Source of the DNA: Anaerolineales bacterium
GTDB lineage: Bacteria > Chloroflexota > Anaerolineae > UBA1429
DNA: 64,000 nucleotides
NCBI GenBank assembly: GCA_046538105.1
Contig: JBKHJO010000003.1
Coordinates: forward strand, 4,418 to 68,417
Direction: 5' to 3'
The notes below the pieces were generated by a model, which made no database searches, was not told the origin of the DNA, and worked only from the letters and a program-made list of their open reading frames with translations. Made by a program: the position numbers and the translations under genes. This document shows positions 19,385-29,763 of this stretch, piece after piece (the stretch's first letter is position 1; every line of letters begins with the position of its first letter).

Positions 19385-20224
19385 ATGACAGAAGTAGCGT
19401 TCGCCCGTCCCTGGCGTGCCTGGTCGTTCGATGAGGATGGGGGTGAGGAAAAAGAGATCGAAATAGTGCGTGAGGAGCCCCTTTCCCTGCATATCAACGG
19501 AAGACAGGCGGCTCTTTTAATGCGCATGCCTGGCAGGGAAAGGGAGTTGGTGGCCGGCTTTTGCATCAGCGAGGGGCTGGTCAAAGATTTCTCCGATGTG
19601 CTGACCATTCAGCATTGTGATCGGACCTCGATCGTTGCTGAGGAGGGCTCGGAGGATGAAGCGGTCATATCGCGCAACCGCGCCCACGTCGTGGTGCGTC
19701 CGGAGGCCCTGCAAGAGGAGGCCCGCCTAGAAGTCGTGCGCCTGATCCGCGCGGGCTGTGGCGCCGTGGATGTGGATCGCTCCGAACTACCACTGCCCAC
19801 GGTGAGCGATGGTCCTGAAATCGACTATCAGATACTCTTTGGTCTTTCGAGGGACATGCGCGACGCCCAGCAAGTGCACAAACGCGTGGGCGGTGTCCAT
19901 GCCGCGGCTCTCTATGATGTCGCGGGGCAGCGAATGGTGCTTTGCGAGGACGTGGGGCGCCACAATGCGGTGGACAAGGTCATCGGTTACTGTCTCCTAC
20001 ACGAGATATCCCTCTCGGACAAACTGCTGCTCTGCTCCGGTCGCCTCAGTTACGAGATGGTCACCAAGGCCATCCGCATGGATATACCGGCGCTGGCTTC
20101 CATGTCCTCTCCCACCTCGTTAGCCGTGCAGATCGCCGACCAGTTCAACCTGACCATGATCGGCTACCTGGGCAGACGGCGCATGACAGTGTACACGCAT
20201 CCCGAGCGGCTGCGCGCTCAGTGA
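19385..20224 (+). CDS. fdhD: formate dehydrogenase accessory sulfurtransferase
   Basis: EEPL, GFCISEG, GCG, GGVHAAAL, EDVGRHNAVDK, SGRLSYEMVTK, SSPTSLA. Confidence 0.9.
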   Translation: MTEVAFARPWRAWSFDEDGGEEKEIEIVREEPLSLHINGRQAALLMRMPGRERELVAGFCISEGLVKDFSDVLTIQHCDRTSIVAEEGSEDEAVISRNRAHVVVRPEALQEEARLEVVRLIRAGCGAVDVDRSELPLPTVSDGPEIDYQILFGLSRDMRDAQQVHKRVGGVHAAALYDVAGQRMVLCEDVGRHNAVDKVIGYCLLHEISLSDKLLLCSGRLSYEMVTKAIRMDIPALASMSSPTSLAVQIADQFNLTMIGYLGRRRMTVYTHPERLRAQ

Positions 20225-22659
20225 TCGTTGGCGGCGATGGTAAGACGTGTTAGTCGATATTCCTCGCGACTCGTCCCGTCCTTGGGGTGCAGCATGAGAT
20301 CATAAGTGCCTGGCGCGATGTCGGGCACGGGAAAACGATGGATATCCCGCACCTTTTCTTCCTCCCGCCACTCCTCCGGGGGGAATCTTTCTCCCGTTAT
20401 CTGTAAGTCCCTTTCCCACAGGATCTGATCATCTTTCTTCAGATTCAGGATCATCTCGCCGGGGGCGGTATCTCCTTCTGCCTCTCGGGTCCAAAAGAAG
20501 ATCAGGGTGGCCGTCTCGTCTGGATGTAGGGCATCGGCTTCCCCCTCGTGCTCATGTCCCAGGCGATAGAGGCTGTATCCTAGAAGGCGTAACCGACCCC
20601 ATCGCGCTTCCGCCCGCATCGGTATATCATGCTGCATATCGAGGGCCGACGACGGTGGTGGGAGGGAGGGGGCCTGTACGGCGATCTCCTGCAGGTCAAT
20701 GGTGTCCCCTTTCTCATCCCCTCCTTTGACGGGCAGGCGAACTCCATCGGCAAGATTATACAGTCCCACGCGCAGTTGGTGCGCGCCGGGGGGCGTCCCC
20801 AGGGGGATGAGGATGCCGTGGTTGTCCGTGATCACCTCTCCCACCTCCCAATCGGTGGTCAGGCGTCTTCCCCCTACGGGCTCGGTGTCCCGTTGGGCCA
20901 CGATGTTGCCCCGTTCGTCCACCAGATGTAGGAATACCTTGTAACGCTCCGCCAGAGGCGCCAGTGCCTCCCAAAGGAGGGACAGTTGGACGATCTCTCC
21001 ACTCTCGGGCTGCGGCGTGAGCAGCGTGTAGCCTCGCAGACGCACCTTTTCCCCCAATATGTAATCAGTTCGCTCCCAGAGTTTCCCGCTCGCTTCTCGG
21101 GGTACGGCATAGACGAGCAAGCGCAAGTTGCCAAACCAACTGTCCATGGCTTTGTAACAGTGACCATCGAGCCAGCCCTCCACAAACCCCTGGGGATCAC
21201 TTTCCCGCGTGGCCCAAAAGATGCCATAGATGCGTCGGTGTTGCGCCACGATACCCTGCAGAGCCCGTTCTGTGCGCACCTCGTCCAGGGGACGCTCTTT
21301 GGGCAGGGGATACAGGGAAAGATCGCCGTGATAATAGTAATCGACGGTCTCGATCTGGGAGGGAGCGTTGATAACGATGGCATCCTGGGAGGACGCCGTG
21401 GCCTCGATATAGGCCACGGCCCCCCGATAGTCATCGCGGAAAAAGGTCTCGTCCGTGTACAGTCCGGCCAGAGAATGGGCCGATGCGACACAGACGGCAA
21501 GGCTGAGAAAGGCGGCCACTACTCCCTCCACCCAACGCCAGCCTGTGACCGCGCGCCGTACCAGTCGCCCCAAAGCCAAGATGCCCCGCGCCTGTAGGAT
21601 ATGATATACCGGAGCGACCAGGAGCAGGAATTTTTGTTTGTACATGGGGCGTCTCAGGGAGAGAATGAAGATCAGTCCCAAGGGAAGTAGCAGGTACAGA
21701 GCCATGTCTGTATGCAGGGGGGCAATATCCCGTCCTTTCTCGCCATGCGGACGGTGGAGGATGCCTGCCAGGACGAGGAGACATAGTCCTACGGCGTATA
21801 ATCGGGTACGGAGCCCCCCTTTGACTGTCACCCCCAGGGAAAGGACCCGGCACACGTCGGATGCAAAATAGTCCAGAGAAAAGGCCGCGCGCACGGCGGG
21901 CCAGCCGCATAGTGCCTGCCAGGACATAACCAGCCAGGGGAGATAGATGGCAATCACGATACACTGCACAGCACCCCAATAAAGGAGTGGAGGCCATCTC
22001 TTTCTTATTATAGTTTGTTCCCCTTTGCGGGTAGTGCCCCATAGCCAACGTACAGAAAAGGCCACATTCTGGGTAAAGAGTAGAGCGAACCCGAAATAGT
22101 GAGTGTAAACGAGGAGGGCGCTGATCAAGATATAGCCGATAGCCCGGAGGATAATCGCGCCCGTCTCCCCTTTTCCTTCACGGTCGCCAAGCAGCGCGTT
22201 AGCCAGGCCCTCGTAGGCTAGCATGGAGAGGACGCCAAAGAGGGCCAGGAATATGTACATGCGCGTCTCTTGGGAATAGTAGATGGCAAAGGGGGAGATG
22301 GCGGCCAAAAAGGCGGCCAGGAAGCCGGAAATCGTGCCAAAGGGGCGGGCCAGGAGATAGACGACGACCACCAGGGCCACCCCCCCCAGGGCGCTGAGCG
22401 CACGGACGCCCCGCTCGCTGGTGCCGGCGAGCCTTACCCAACAGTGCAGCATATAGTAGTAGAGGGGGGGGTGGATATCGTGGGAGGCGTTGCGCGTGAT
22501 GGTGGTCAGATCGCGCTGGGCCAGGGCCACACTCGTACCCTCGTCGTTCCACAGGCTCTGGGCTCCCAGCCTGTGAAAGCGCAGGGCAAGGGCCAGAAGG
22601 AGGATGACGAGCAGGATCAGAGCGTTGTGGCATCCCTTTTGTCCCCGAATGCGCATCAT
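20218..22659 (-). CDS. GT-C fold (GT39/PMT_2-like) membrane glycosyltransferase with extracytoplasmic domains
   Basis: QSLWNDE, DIHPPLYY, YYSQETRMY, YTHYF, many TM helices; C-terminal YKVFLHL..GLY domain. Confidence 0.8.
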   Translation of the reverse strand: MMRIRGQKGCHNALILLVILLLALALRFHRLGAQSLWNDEGTSVALAQRDLTTITRNASHDIHPPLYYYMLHCWVRLAGTSERGVRALSALGGVALVVVVYLLARPFGTISGFLAAFLAAISPFAIYYSQETRMYIFLALFGVLSMLAYEGLANALLGDREGKGETGAIILRAIGYILISALLVYTHYFGFALLFTQNVAFSVRWLWGTTRKGEQTIIRKRWPPLLYWGAVQCIVIAIYLPWLVMSWQALCGWPAVRAAFSLDYFASDVCRVLSLGVTVKGGLRTRLYAVGLCLLVLAGILHRPHGEKGRDIAPLHTDMALYLLLPLGLIFILSLRRPMYKQKFLLLVAPVYHILQARGILALGRLVRRAVTGWRWVEGVVAAFLSLAVCVASAHSLAGLYTDETFFRDDYRGAVAYIEATASSQDAIVINAPSQIETVDYYYHGDLSLYPLPKERPLDEVRTERALQGIVAQHRRIYGIFWATRESDPQGFVEGWLDGHCYKAMDSWFGNLRLLVYAVPREASGKLWERTDYILGEKVRLRGYTLLTPQPESGEIVQLSLLWEALAPLAERYKVFLHLVDERGNIVAQRDTEPVGGRRLTTDWEVGEVITDNHGILIPLGTPPGAHQLRVGLYNLADGVRLPVKGGDEKGDTIDLQEIAVQAPSLPPPSSALDMQHDIPMRAEARWGRLRLLGYSLYRLGHEHEGEADALHPDETATLIFFWTREAEGDTAPGEMILNLKKDDQILWERDLQITGERFPPEEWREEEKVRDIHRFPVPDIAPGTYDLMLHPKDGTSREEYRLTRLTIAANDH

Positions 22660-22663
22660 CTTT

Positions 22664-24484
22664 CTATGGCGTCCTTCCCGCCGGGTCACTGCGCGCAGGG
22701 GCATCTCCCCTGTGCAGGGGGCTGGCCACCATGAGAGCCGCGCCGCCGATGATGAGGGTACCCAGGATCATGCCCACGGTTTTCCCCAGACCCGCGTTAT
22801 TATTGCGCTGGACGATCAGACCGTCCAGCGCCAGGGTCCCTTCCTTTACACGAAGGTGGACATGGTGGCGCTCGTCGGCCAATCCCCGCGCGATGGGGAT
22901 GACCAGCGTCTTCTCGCCGTCGGCGTCGTGATCACGGATGCTTGCGAGAAGTTCAGAGGGAATACCATAGATCTTCTCTTTTTCCTCCCCGTCGATGAGG
23001 ATCTCCACCCCACCCAATATTTCGGACGGGGAACCAGCGTGCCGTACGGCCAGGCTCAGATCGGTGCCCTCAAAGTAGAAATCGAGAGCGGCGTCCTCGC
23101 CTCCCAGGGCATAGGCGCCGAGCACGGACTTTTTATTGGCGACCCGTTGCCAACCCTCCTCGCCCTCGCTACCATAGTCGAGGGCCCAGTGATTCTCTTG
23201 ATGGTAGCCCACGTTGAGGACGGGCGGGCGACTGGCGAGTTGGTACATGGCATCGTACACAGGAAGGGGGGTAAAGTCGGGTTCCATCATGCGGAAATAA
23301 TACCAGGCCTGATCCCTTTCGGCGTCGGAGGGGCGGCGGAAGAACCAGTAGTTCATCACGCCCATCCAGGGCCACTCTCGCTCGGCGCGGCGATAGGCCT
23401 CCAGGGCGTATATGGCCTGACGTTCCTCGGTCACCCGTCCGTAGGAGGGAAGGTCGGGGAACGATTCGGGAACACTGTTCCAGCCCACCTCGGTGGCCCA
23501 GATGGGTTTGCTCACGTCGCCGTGGCGCACCATGATCTCGCGGATCAGTTGGGCCCGCGAAAAGTTTGTATAACGTGGCGCGGCGCGACGGTCATAGGGA
23601 CCCGTCCACAGCCCATAGACCATGGCTCCCATGATGTCGAAATAGTCCTTGGCTCCCGCCCGATACATGCGCTCCAGGTAGAGCAGGTCGCTCATGTTGC
23701 GCCCTCCCCTTTCCGTCGTCTGGGCCAGCCCGGCGGCGAGGATCACACAGTTGGGATCGGCCTCTTTGGCGCGAAGGTAGGCTACTCTTAGCAGTTCCGT
23801 GTACGCTTCAGGGTCGACGTCCTGTTCTCCCCATTCGGGATGGATGTTGGGCTCGTTCCATATCTGGTAATAGCGCACGCGCCCCCTGTACCGGCTGACC
23901 ACGGCATAGACAAAGTCCCCAAAGTCGGCATAGTCGTCGGGGGGCGCCAGTTCCCAACCTGGGGCGTCGCCCATGCTGCGGCTCCATGCCGGCGGGTTGT
24001 CCAATCGCGCGATGATCTCCAGATCGTGTGCGTCCGCCGCATCGACGATATAATCATACTTTTCCCAGGCGCTCTTGTCCCAGCGATGGTCCCAAAAGTC
24101 GTCCTTGCCCGCGATCTCGATATCCTCCCATGGGAACTGCTGCCGTATCCAGCAAAAGCCTGCGTCGGAGATGGCCCGAAGCGAGCGATCAACCTTGGCG
24201 CGCTCCACCTCCTGTTCCAAAAAGGTGTTGATCCCGTAAGGTGAGACCCCCGTGTGGGGCATGGGCGTAAAGGGATCAGTTTTTGGCACTTTGCGGGTCA
24301 ACTTTAGATAGGCAAGGATCACCGTGCCCTTGATCTGTTCCCCGAGATCCTCCTCTCCCGTCCAATGTGAGAGGGTACGTCGAATGACCTGTGTATGCTG
24401 GGAGATGGCAAGCCCCGGCACGACGAGGGCGATCAACAGGAGGCCGACGACGAAAAAGACGCGGCGATGCTCATCGTGAAACAT
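22664..24484 (-). CDS. membrane-anchored clan GH-A glycoside hydrolase (GH5/GH39-like)
   Basis: WIRQQFPW, YQIWNEPN (acid/base), IWATEVGW (nucleophile); N- and C-terminal hydrophobic helices. Confidence 0.75.
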   Translation of the reverse strand: MFHDEHRRVFFVVGLLLIALVVPGLAISQHTQVIRRTLSHWTGEEDLGEQIKGTVILAYLKLTRKVPKTDPFTPMPHTGVSPYGINTFLEQEVERAKVDRSLRAISDAGFCWIRQQFPWEDIEIAGKDDFWDHRWDKSAWEKYDYIVDAADAHDLEIIARLDNPPAWSRSMGDAPGWELAPPDDYADFGDFVYAVVSRYRGRVRYYQIWNEPNIHPEWGEQDVDPEAYTELLRVAYLRAKEADPNCVILAAGLAQTTERGGRNMSDLLYLERMYRAGAKDYFDIMGAMVYGLWTGPYDRRAAPRYTNFSRAQLIREIMVRHGDVSKPIWATEVGWNSVPESFPDLPSYGRVTEERQAIYALEAYRRAEREWPWMGVMNYWFFRRPSDAERDQAWYYFRMMEPDFTPLPVYDAMYQLASRPPVLNVGYHQENHWALDYGSEGEEGWQRVANKKSVLGAYALGGEDAALDFYFEGTDLSLAVRHAGSPSEILGGVEILIDGEEKEKIYGIPSELLASIRDHDADGEKTLVIPIARGLADERHHVHLRVKEGTLALDGLIVQRNNNAGLGKTVGMILGTLIIGGAALMVASPLHRGDAPARSDPAGRTP

Positions 24485-24567
24485 ACCGTTTCCCTCGTGC
24501 AGCGTGTCGTGTGTGTTCTTGCTGGGGGCTTTATGGTCGACCATGGCCTATGGGGGCGAACCTACGG

Positions 24568-25902
24568 CTACTCGGGACGGCGCCGCGTGCTGCGCCGCGG
24601 TCGCTTTGGTTTCTCTTTCCCACGATACGTGGGAACTTTTAGATCCAGGATGGTGCAGACGGAGGTATCCAACAGGCGACTCTTGAGGCGGTCGTCCAGT
24701 TTCCCCCAGGCCTTGTTGGAGACGGTGAGTACGGTAGGCAACCCGCCCACGTAGCGGTGGTTGAGGATCTGAAAGAGTTTCGCCTGGGCCCAGGAGGTGG
24801 CATTCTGGACTCCCAGATCGTCCAGAACCAACAGCCAGGCCTGCCGTACCTCGTTAAAGCGCTGGTCGTAGGAGACAGGGCTTCCCGGGCGAAAGGTCGC
24901 CCGCAGATGATCCAGCAGATCGGGCACCACGACAAAGAGGACCGTCATCCCGCTCTGTTTGACGCGGTTGGCCACCGCTGCAGCCAGATGGGTCTTGCCC
25001 ACGCCGTAATCGCCCCGAAGGAGTATCCAATTCTGCGGATGTTGAGCATACTCTTGTATGGTGCGGATACCCCTTTGCAGGTGTGCCGATTGCTGGGGCT
25101 CGATCTCCCCCCGACGCGCCGAAAAGGTCTCAAAGGTCATCCCCCCATAGAGGCTCAGGCTGCCAAAGGTCTCGTCCTTGCCCTTGACGCGAAAGTCGGA
25201 GGCATAGACGGGCAGGCGATTGACCAGCGATTGATCCCGCAGCCGGGAGGCCAGGCGGGGGTCCATGTCGTTGAGCAACTGATTGGTGGTGATCACGGTA
25301 GGCAGTTCGGCGTTATAGCGGTGATTGAGAATCTGGTACAGTTTTTCCGCGGCCCAGGGCGTCGCGTTGTGGGTGCCCAGATCGTCGAGAATGAGCACCG
25401 GCACATTCCGCACCTGTTCAAAACGTTCATCATACGTGACAGGGCTGTTAGGAGCGTAGGTGGAACGCAGATGATCGAGGAGATCGGGTACCACGACAAA
25501 GAGAACGGGCCGTCCCTTTTTCACACGGTCGGTGGCGATGGCCGCCGCCAGATGCGTCTTGCCGCAGCCATAGGGCCCAGTCAAGAGAAGCCATCCCAAA
25601 GGATTCTCAGCGAACTCTCGGGACGTTTCCAGCGCGTCTCTTAGGCTAAAGGCCACCTCTGGAGAGGCATCCTCGTTTATCTCAAAGGTATCAAAGGTCA
25701 TACCCTCCAACTGTTCGAGGTTGCTCGTCTTGCGCAGTTCTTTCAACCGCTTGTTCTCGATCTCCCGGCGTTTACAGACGCAGGGCACGGCCTTGCCAAA
25801 CATGGGATGCCCCACGGGCACATCCAGGCGCACATAGCCCGCCCCTCCACAAAAGGGACAGTCCTCGTTTTTCCCGGTTCTTTCAGGCTCTTGAGAAGTC
25901 AT
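24568..25902 (-). CDS. DnaC/IstB-like helicase-loader ATPase with two tandem AAA+ domains
   Basis: CPFC..CVC Zn motif; GPYGCGKTHLA..ILDDLG..NHRY, repeated as GDYGVGKTHLA..VLDDLG..NHRY. Confidence 0.85.
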   Translation of the reverse strand: MTSQEPERTGKNEDCPFCGGAGYVRLDVPVGHPMFGKAVPCVCKRREIENKRLKELRKTSNLEQLEGMTFDTFEINEDASPEVAFSLRDALETSREFAENPLGWLLLTGPYGCGKTHLAAAIATDRVKKGRPVLFVVVPDLLDHLRSTYAPNSPVTYDERFEQVRNVPVLILDDLGTHNATPWAAEKLYQILNHRYNAELPTVITTNQLLNDMDPRLASRLRDQSLVNRLPVYASDFRVKGKDETFGSLSLYGGMTFETFSARRGEIEPQQSAHLQRGIRTIQEYAQHPQNWILLRGDYGVGKTHLAAAVANRVKQSGMTVLFVVVPDLLDHLRATFRPGSPVSYDQRFNEVRQAWLLVLDDLGVQNATSWAQAKLFQILNHRYVGGLPTVLTVSNKAWGKLDDRLKSRLLDTSVCTILDLKVPTYRGKEKPKRPRRSTRRRPE

Positions 25903-25978
25903 TCGTGAAGATGATCCTCATGGAAAGAGTGAGAGAAACTGGCTGGCGCTTGCCATCGTCTCTGACTCGGGCACCGTG

Positions 25979-26623
25979 TCACGTCTTGCCCTCCCGATCC
26001 CAGCGCTCCAAGATGGCCTCGATGTAACGCCAGTTCCGCGCGTTGCGTTCCACCGCGATCTGAAAGGCCTCCTCGATCCAATCCTGAGGATAATCCCTTT
26101 CGGCCTCTTCCAACCTTTCGGCCAGCAGGGGTGTCAACAGCCCGATATTCTGTTCATAAAGTTCAAAGATGTTCGGTCGGGGGCGCTCTATATGGGGCTC
26201 ATCCACATAGCCCGCCTTTTCCAGGATTAATTCTCCCCGCTTGACCTCCTCGACGGCCTTGCGCCCCTGAGCTGTATTGACGAAAAAGTAGTGTGATGTG
26301 CCTTCCTCGTCAGAGATATCGAGTTGCAGCAGCGTGCCCCGCCTCACGGCACGTTCCAGAGCCTTTTCGAGCACCTTTTCCGGGTCTTGCTCCTTCTCCT
26401 CGTCGACACAGCGCAGCGCGGAAAGGAGCAGCCCCTCAGCCTTTAACTCCTTCAGGGTCAGATAGCGGGGGTATCCTTTCTGTCGATGCAGGAACCAGAA
26501 CATGAACAGGGTGAGTTTAAGTTCCGCCAGATTATCGATCTTGGGCAGGAGATCCGTATAAAAGAGATTGGGGATGGAGGTAAAGCGAACCTTGCCCACG
26601 GGAAAGCCGACGAACGATTTCAT
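25979..26623 (-). CDS. DnaD domain protein
   Basis: [37 protein letters not shown]. Confidence 0.85.
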   Translation of the reverse strand: MKSFVGFPVGKVRFTSIPNLFYTDLLPKIDNLAELKLTLFMFWFLHRQKGYPRYLTLKELKAEGLLLSALRCVDEEKEQDPEKVLEKALERAVRRGTLLQLDISDEEGTSHYFFVNTAQGRKAVEEVKRGELILEKAGYVDEPHIERPRPNIFELYEQNIGLLTPLLAERLEEAERDYPQDWIEEAFQIAVERNARNWRYIEAILERWDREGKT

Positions 26624-27990
26624 AATGGACCAAAGTCGACGTCACTAAAGTACTCCTCCTCCACACTATGCAGTTCCAGATCCGAGAATTGTGTTCTGGA
26701 GGGATCGAATCGCAACGATACGGTATCGGTGGGACCGTTGCGGTGCTTGGCGATGATGATGTCGGCGATGTTCGCCCTGTCCGTATCCTCGTTGTACACC
26801 TCGTCACGATAGATGAACATGACCACATCGGCGTCCTGCTCTATGGAACCGCTTTCACGGAGATCCGAGAGGACCGGGCGTTTATCCTGGCGCGATTCCA
26901 CAGCGCGCGAGAGCTGTGAGAGAGCCACGACGGGGACCTTGAGCTCGCGGGCCAGGGCCTTGAGGGAGCGAGAGATATAGGATATCTCTTGCACCCTGTT
27001 CTGATTGTGTCGTCCTCCGCCCTGCATAAGCTGCAAATAGTCGATGATGATGAGGTCGAGGTCGTATTCGGCTGCCAGACGCCGCGCTTTGGTGCGCACC
27101 TCCATGGGGGAGGGTGCCGGGGTGTCATCGACGAACATAGCCGTCTCTGAGAGCGTGCCGCTCATGCGCGTGAATTTCTCCCACTCTATCTCATCTATAC
27201 GGCCCAAGCGCAGGCGCTGCGAGTCGATATCCGTATTGGAGGCAATCATGCGCTGTACGAGTTGCTCTCCAGCCATCTCCAGGGTGAACATGGCCACCAC
27301 CGAGTTGCTGTCCAGCGCGGCGTTACAGGCGATGTTCATGGCCAAACTCGTCTTACCCAGCCCGGGGCGCGCGGCGATGATGACCAGATCCGAGGGTTGC
27401 AGACCGCCCAACAGGCGGTCGAGGTCGGAAAAGCCGGTGGGCACGCCCAGCGACTCGTCGCCGTGTTCCACCAAGAACTCGACCTTGTCATAGTACTCTT
27501 TGATGATCTCGCTGATGGGGACCAGGGATCTGCTGATGCGCCGACGCGATACCTCAAAGAGTATGCGCTCCGCCTGATCGATGACCTCATCCGCGTCTTT
27601 GTGATCCCCGTAAGCCAGGGCGGCGATCTCACCCGCCGCGTCAATCAGACGACGCATGAGACTGGTGCGTTCGACGATATGTCCGTAATGTTCCACGTGG
27701 ACGGAGGTGGGGACCATATTGATCAGGGAACTCAGGTAAGCCGATCCCCCGATGAGATCGAGTTCATCGCGACGCTCAAGTTCGTCCACCACGGTGACAA
27801 AATCGGCAGGCAGGTGCCGCTCGTGCAGCGAGCGCATGGCACGATAGATGACCTGATGGGCCTCGCGATAAAAGTCCGAACTTCTGAGAAAACTGGAGAC
27901 CCTGACGATGGCGTCAGGATCGATGAGGAGGCTTCCCAATACGGACTGCTCTGCCTCGATATTTTGGGGCGGAAGACGGTCTGCAGACAT
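26620..27990 (-). CDS. dnaB: replicative DNA helicase
   Basis: [56 protein letters not shown]. Confidence 0.97.
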   Translation of the reverse strand: MSADRLPPQNIEAEQSVLGSLLIDPDAIVRVSSFLRSSDFYREAHQVIYRAMRSLHERHLPADFVTVVDELERRDELDLIGGSAYLSSLINMVPTSVHVEHYGHIVERTSLMRRLIDAAGEIAALAYGDHKDADEVIDQAERILFEVSRRRISRSLVPISEIIKEYYDKVEFLVEHGDESLGVPTGFSDLDRLLGGLQPSDLVIIAARPGLGKTSLAMNIACNAALDSNSVVAMFTLEMAGEQLVQRMIASNTDIDSQRLRLGRIDEIEWEKFTRMSGTLSETAMFVDDTPAPSPMEVRTKARRLAAEYDLDLIIIDYLQLMQGGGRHNQNRVQEISYISRSLKALARELKVPVVALSQLSRAVESRQDKRPVLSDLRESGSIEQDADVVMFIYRDEVYNEDTDRANIADIIIAKHRNGPTDTVSLRFDPSRTQFSDLELHSVEEEYFSDVDFGPL

Positions 27991-28491
27991 TTATTCCTCT
28001 TCTAGGTCGTCGAGATCCAAACCATCCACAAAGTCTCGGAAGACATCGAGATCCTCGCCCGTCATCCCTTCCATCTCCTCGCGGACGTCGGGAGAAGGCA
28101 CGATACCCGCCTTCTCCATAACGCCTTCTTCAGCATAGATGGGCACCTCGGTGCGCACGGCCAGGGCGATGGCATCGCTGGGGCGCGAATCCACCAGGTT
28201 CAGTCTATTTTCCTGCTCTATGGCGATCCTGGCATAGAAGGTATTGTTGCGCAGATCGTTGACGACGATATGTTGCACCTCTCCTCCAAGTTCCGAGATC
28301 ATGTTGGCCAGCAGATCGTGGGTGAGGGGGCGGGGAACAGTTCCCCCCTGCAAGCGCATGGCAATGGCCTCGGCCTCGTTGGAACCTATCCAGATGGGAA
28401 GATAGCGATCACCGTCGTTCTCTTTGAGAAGGACGATCCGATGTCGAGAGAGCAGGCTATAGAGCACAGCATGTACGCTCATCCCAATCAC
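27991..28491 (-). CDS. bifunctional nuclease family (DUF151)
   Basis: LPIWIG..EA, RPLTHDL, DSRPSDAIALA. Confidence 0.9.
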   Translation of the reverse strand: MIGMSVHAVLYSLLSRHRIVLLKENDGDRYLPIWIGSNEAEAIAMRLQGGTVPRPLTHDLLANMISELGGEVQHIVVNDLRNNTFYARIAIEQENRLNLVDSRPSDAIALAVRTEVPIYAEEGVMEKAGIVPSPDVREEMEGMTGEDLDVFRDFVDGLDLDDLEEE

Positions 28492-28593
28492 TCTGGAACG
28501 CCCCCTTTCTATCTATAGTGTCGTCTAAAAAAAGTATACCACAACCGCCGGGGCCATACAATCTGGAGAAAGGATTTTTGGTCTGGAATTTTA

Positions 28594-28622
28594 TTGATAA
28601 AACCGGGGATACATGCTATAAT
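28594..28622 (+). promoter_or_regulatory. sigma-70 promoter
   Basis: TTGATA, 17 nt, TATAAT with an extended -10 TG. Confidence 0.6.
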
Positions 28623-28675
28623 GATCAATAAAATATGGATGTCCTGCACATAGGAGCGGGAGGAGCCTTTACCTT

Positions 28676-28960
28676 ATGGAGTGTCCAAATTGCGGAACCT
28701 ATAATCCCAAGGACCGCGAGACATGTTGGCGATGCGACGAACCACTACCCAACCCCGAGCCCGAAAAGGAGCGGAATCCCCGCAAAAGGGCTCAGACGTG
28801 GCTCTATGTGGCCATCGCCGTATTCTTGTTGATAAGCCTTTTGCAGATGTGCGGTGTTGAGTTGCCCTTTGGCCCCCAGATACCGACTGAACAACCAAGC
28901 GGCCACCTCTTGCTCCCCCACTTTGTCGCCTGGTGGAGTTGTATCCTTTTGGCACTCTAG
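28676..28960 (+). CDS. small zinc-ribbon membrane protein
   Basis: CPNCG..CWRC followed by a hydrophobic helix; SD GGAG. Confidence 0.65.
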   Translation: MECPNCGTYNPKDRETCWRCDEPLPNPEPEKERNPRKRAQTWLYVAIAVFLLISLLQMCGVELPFGPQIPTEQPSGHLLLPHFVAWWSCILLAL

Positions 28961-28962
28961 CG

Positions 28963-29763
28963 TCAGCCCGATGGCGCTTGAAAATCCAAATCCCAGGTCC
29001 GTAGTTGAGCCAATCTGGAATAGTCGGTGAGATCGAGCAACAAAGGGGTGACAGAGATGTACCCTTGCGCGAGCGCGCCGATATCCGTCCCCTCTTTCGG
29101 TATTCCCGCTGGAGGATCACCCCCAATCCAGTAGTATTCTCTTCCTCGCGGATCGGTGCGCTTGACCAGCGCATCGCGGTAGAGGCGGTGCCCCAACGTT
29201 GTGACCTGCACGCCTTTGATCTCTTTTGCAGCGAGGCTGGGCACGTTGACGTTGAGAAGCAGCGGTTCATCCTCCTCGGCCTCCAGCACACGGGAGGCGA
29301 GGGAGGCCGTAAATTGTGCTGCCGAACCATAGTCCGGCTTTCCAAAGGTATCCAGCGACACGGCGATGGCAGGGATATCTCCTATGACGCTCTCCATGGC
29401 GGCGGCCACCGTCCCCGAGTAGGTGAGGTCGTGGCCTACGTTGGCACCCAGGTTGATTCCCGAGATGACGAGATCCGGCGTCTCCTCCAACAAGCCGAGT
29501 AGGGCCAGCGCCACACAATCTGAGGGAGAGCCGTTTGTGCAAAGCGCCTCCGTGCCATCGGCCAGGGTCGTGGCCCAGGCGCGCAGTGGTTTGTGCATCG
29601 TCTTGGAGTGTCCGGCGGCGGACCAATTATGCTCGGGGGCGATGATGGAGAGGTCGAGTTTATCCTTTAGAATCTGCACCAGGGTCAATAGTCCCCTGGC
29701 CTGGATGCCGTCGTCGTTGGTGAGCAGGATATGAGAGCATTCTTGATGCTTCTGCGGTCTCAC
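28963..29763 (-). CDS. surE: 5'/3'-nucleotidase
   Basis: ILLTNDDG, GSPSDCV, SGINLGAN, YSGTVAAA. Confidence 0.95.
   Translation of the reverse strand: MRPQKHQECSHILLTNDDGIQARGLLTLVQILKDKLDLSIIAPEHNWSAAGHSKTMHKPLRAWATTLADGTEALCTNGSPSDCVALALLGLLEETPDLVISGINLGANVGHDLTYSGTVAAAMESVIGDIPAIAVSLDTFGKPDYGSAAQFTASLASRVLEAEEDEPLLLNVNVPSLAAKEIKGVQVTTLGHRLYRDALVKRTDPRGREYYWIGGDPPAGIPKEGTDIGALAQGYISVTPLLLDLTDYSRLAQLRTWDLDFQAPSG

Noticed and set aside
24568-25902. IS21 element (IstB)
   Set aside because: No IstA transposase or terminal repeats; the gene sits in an operon with dnaD and dnaB.
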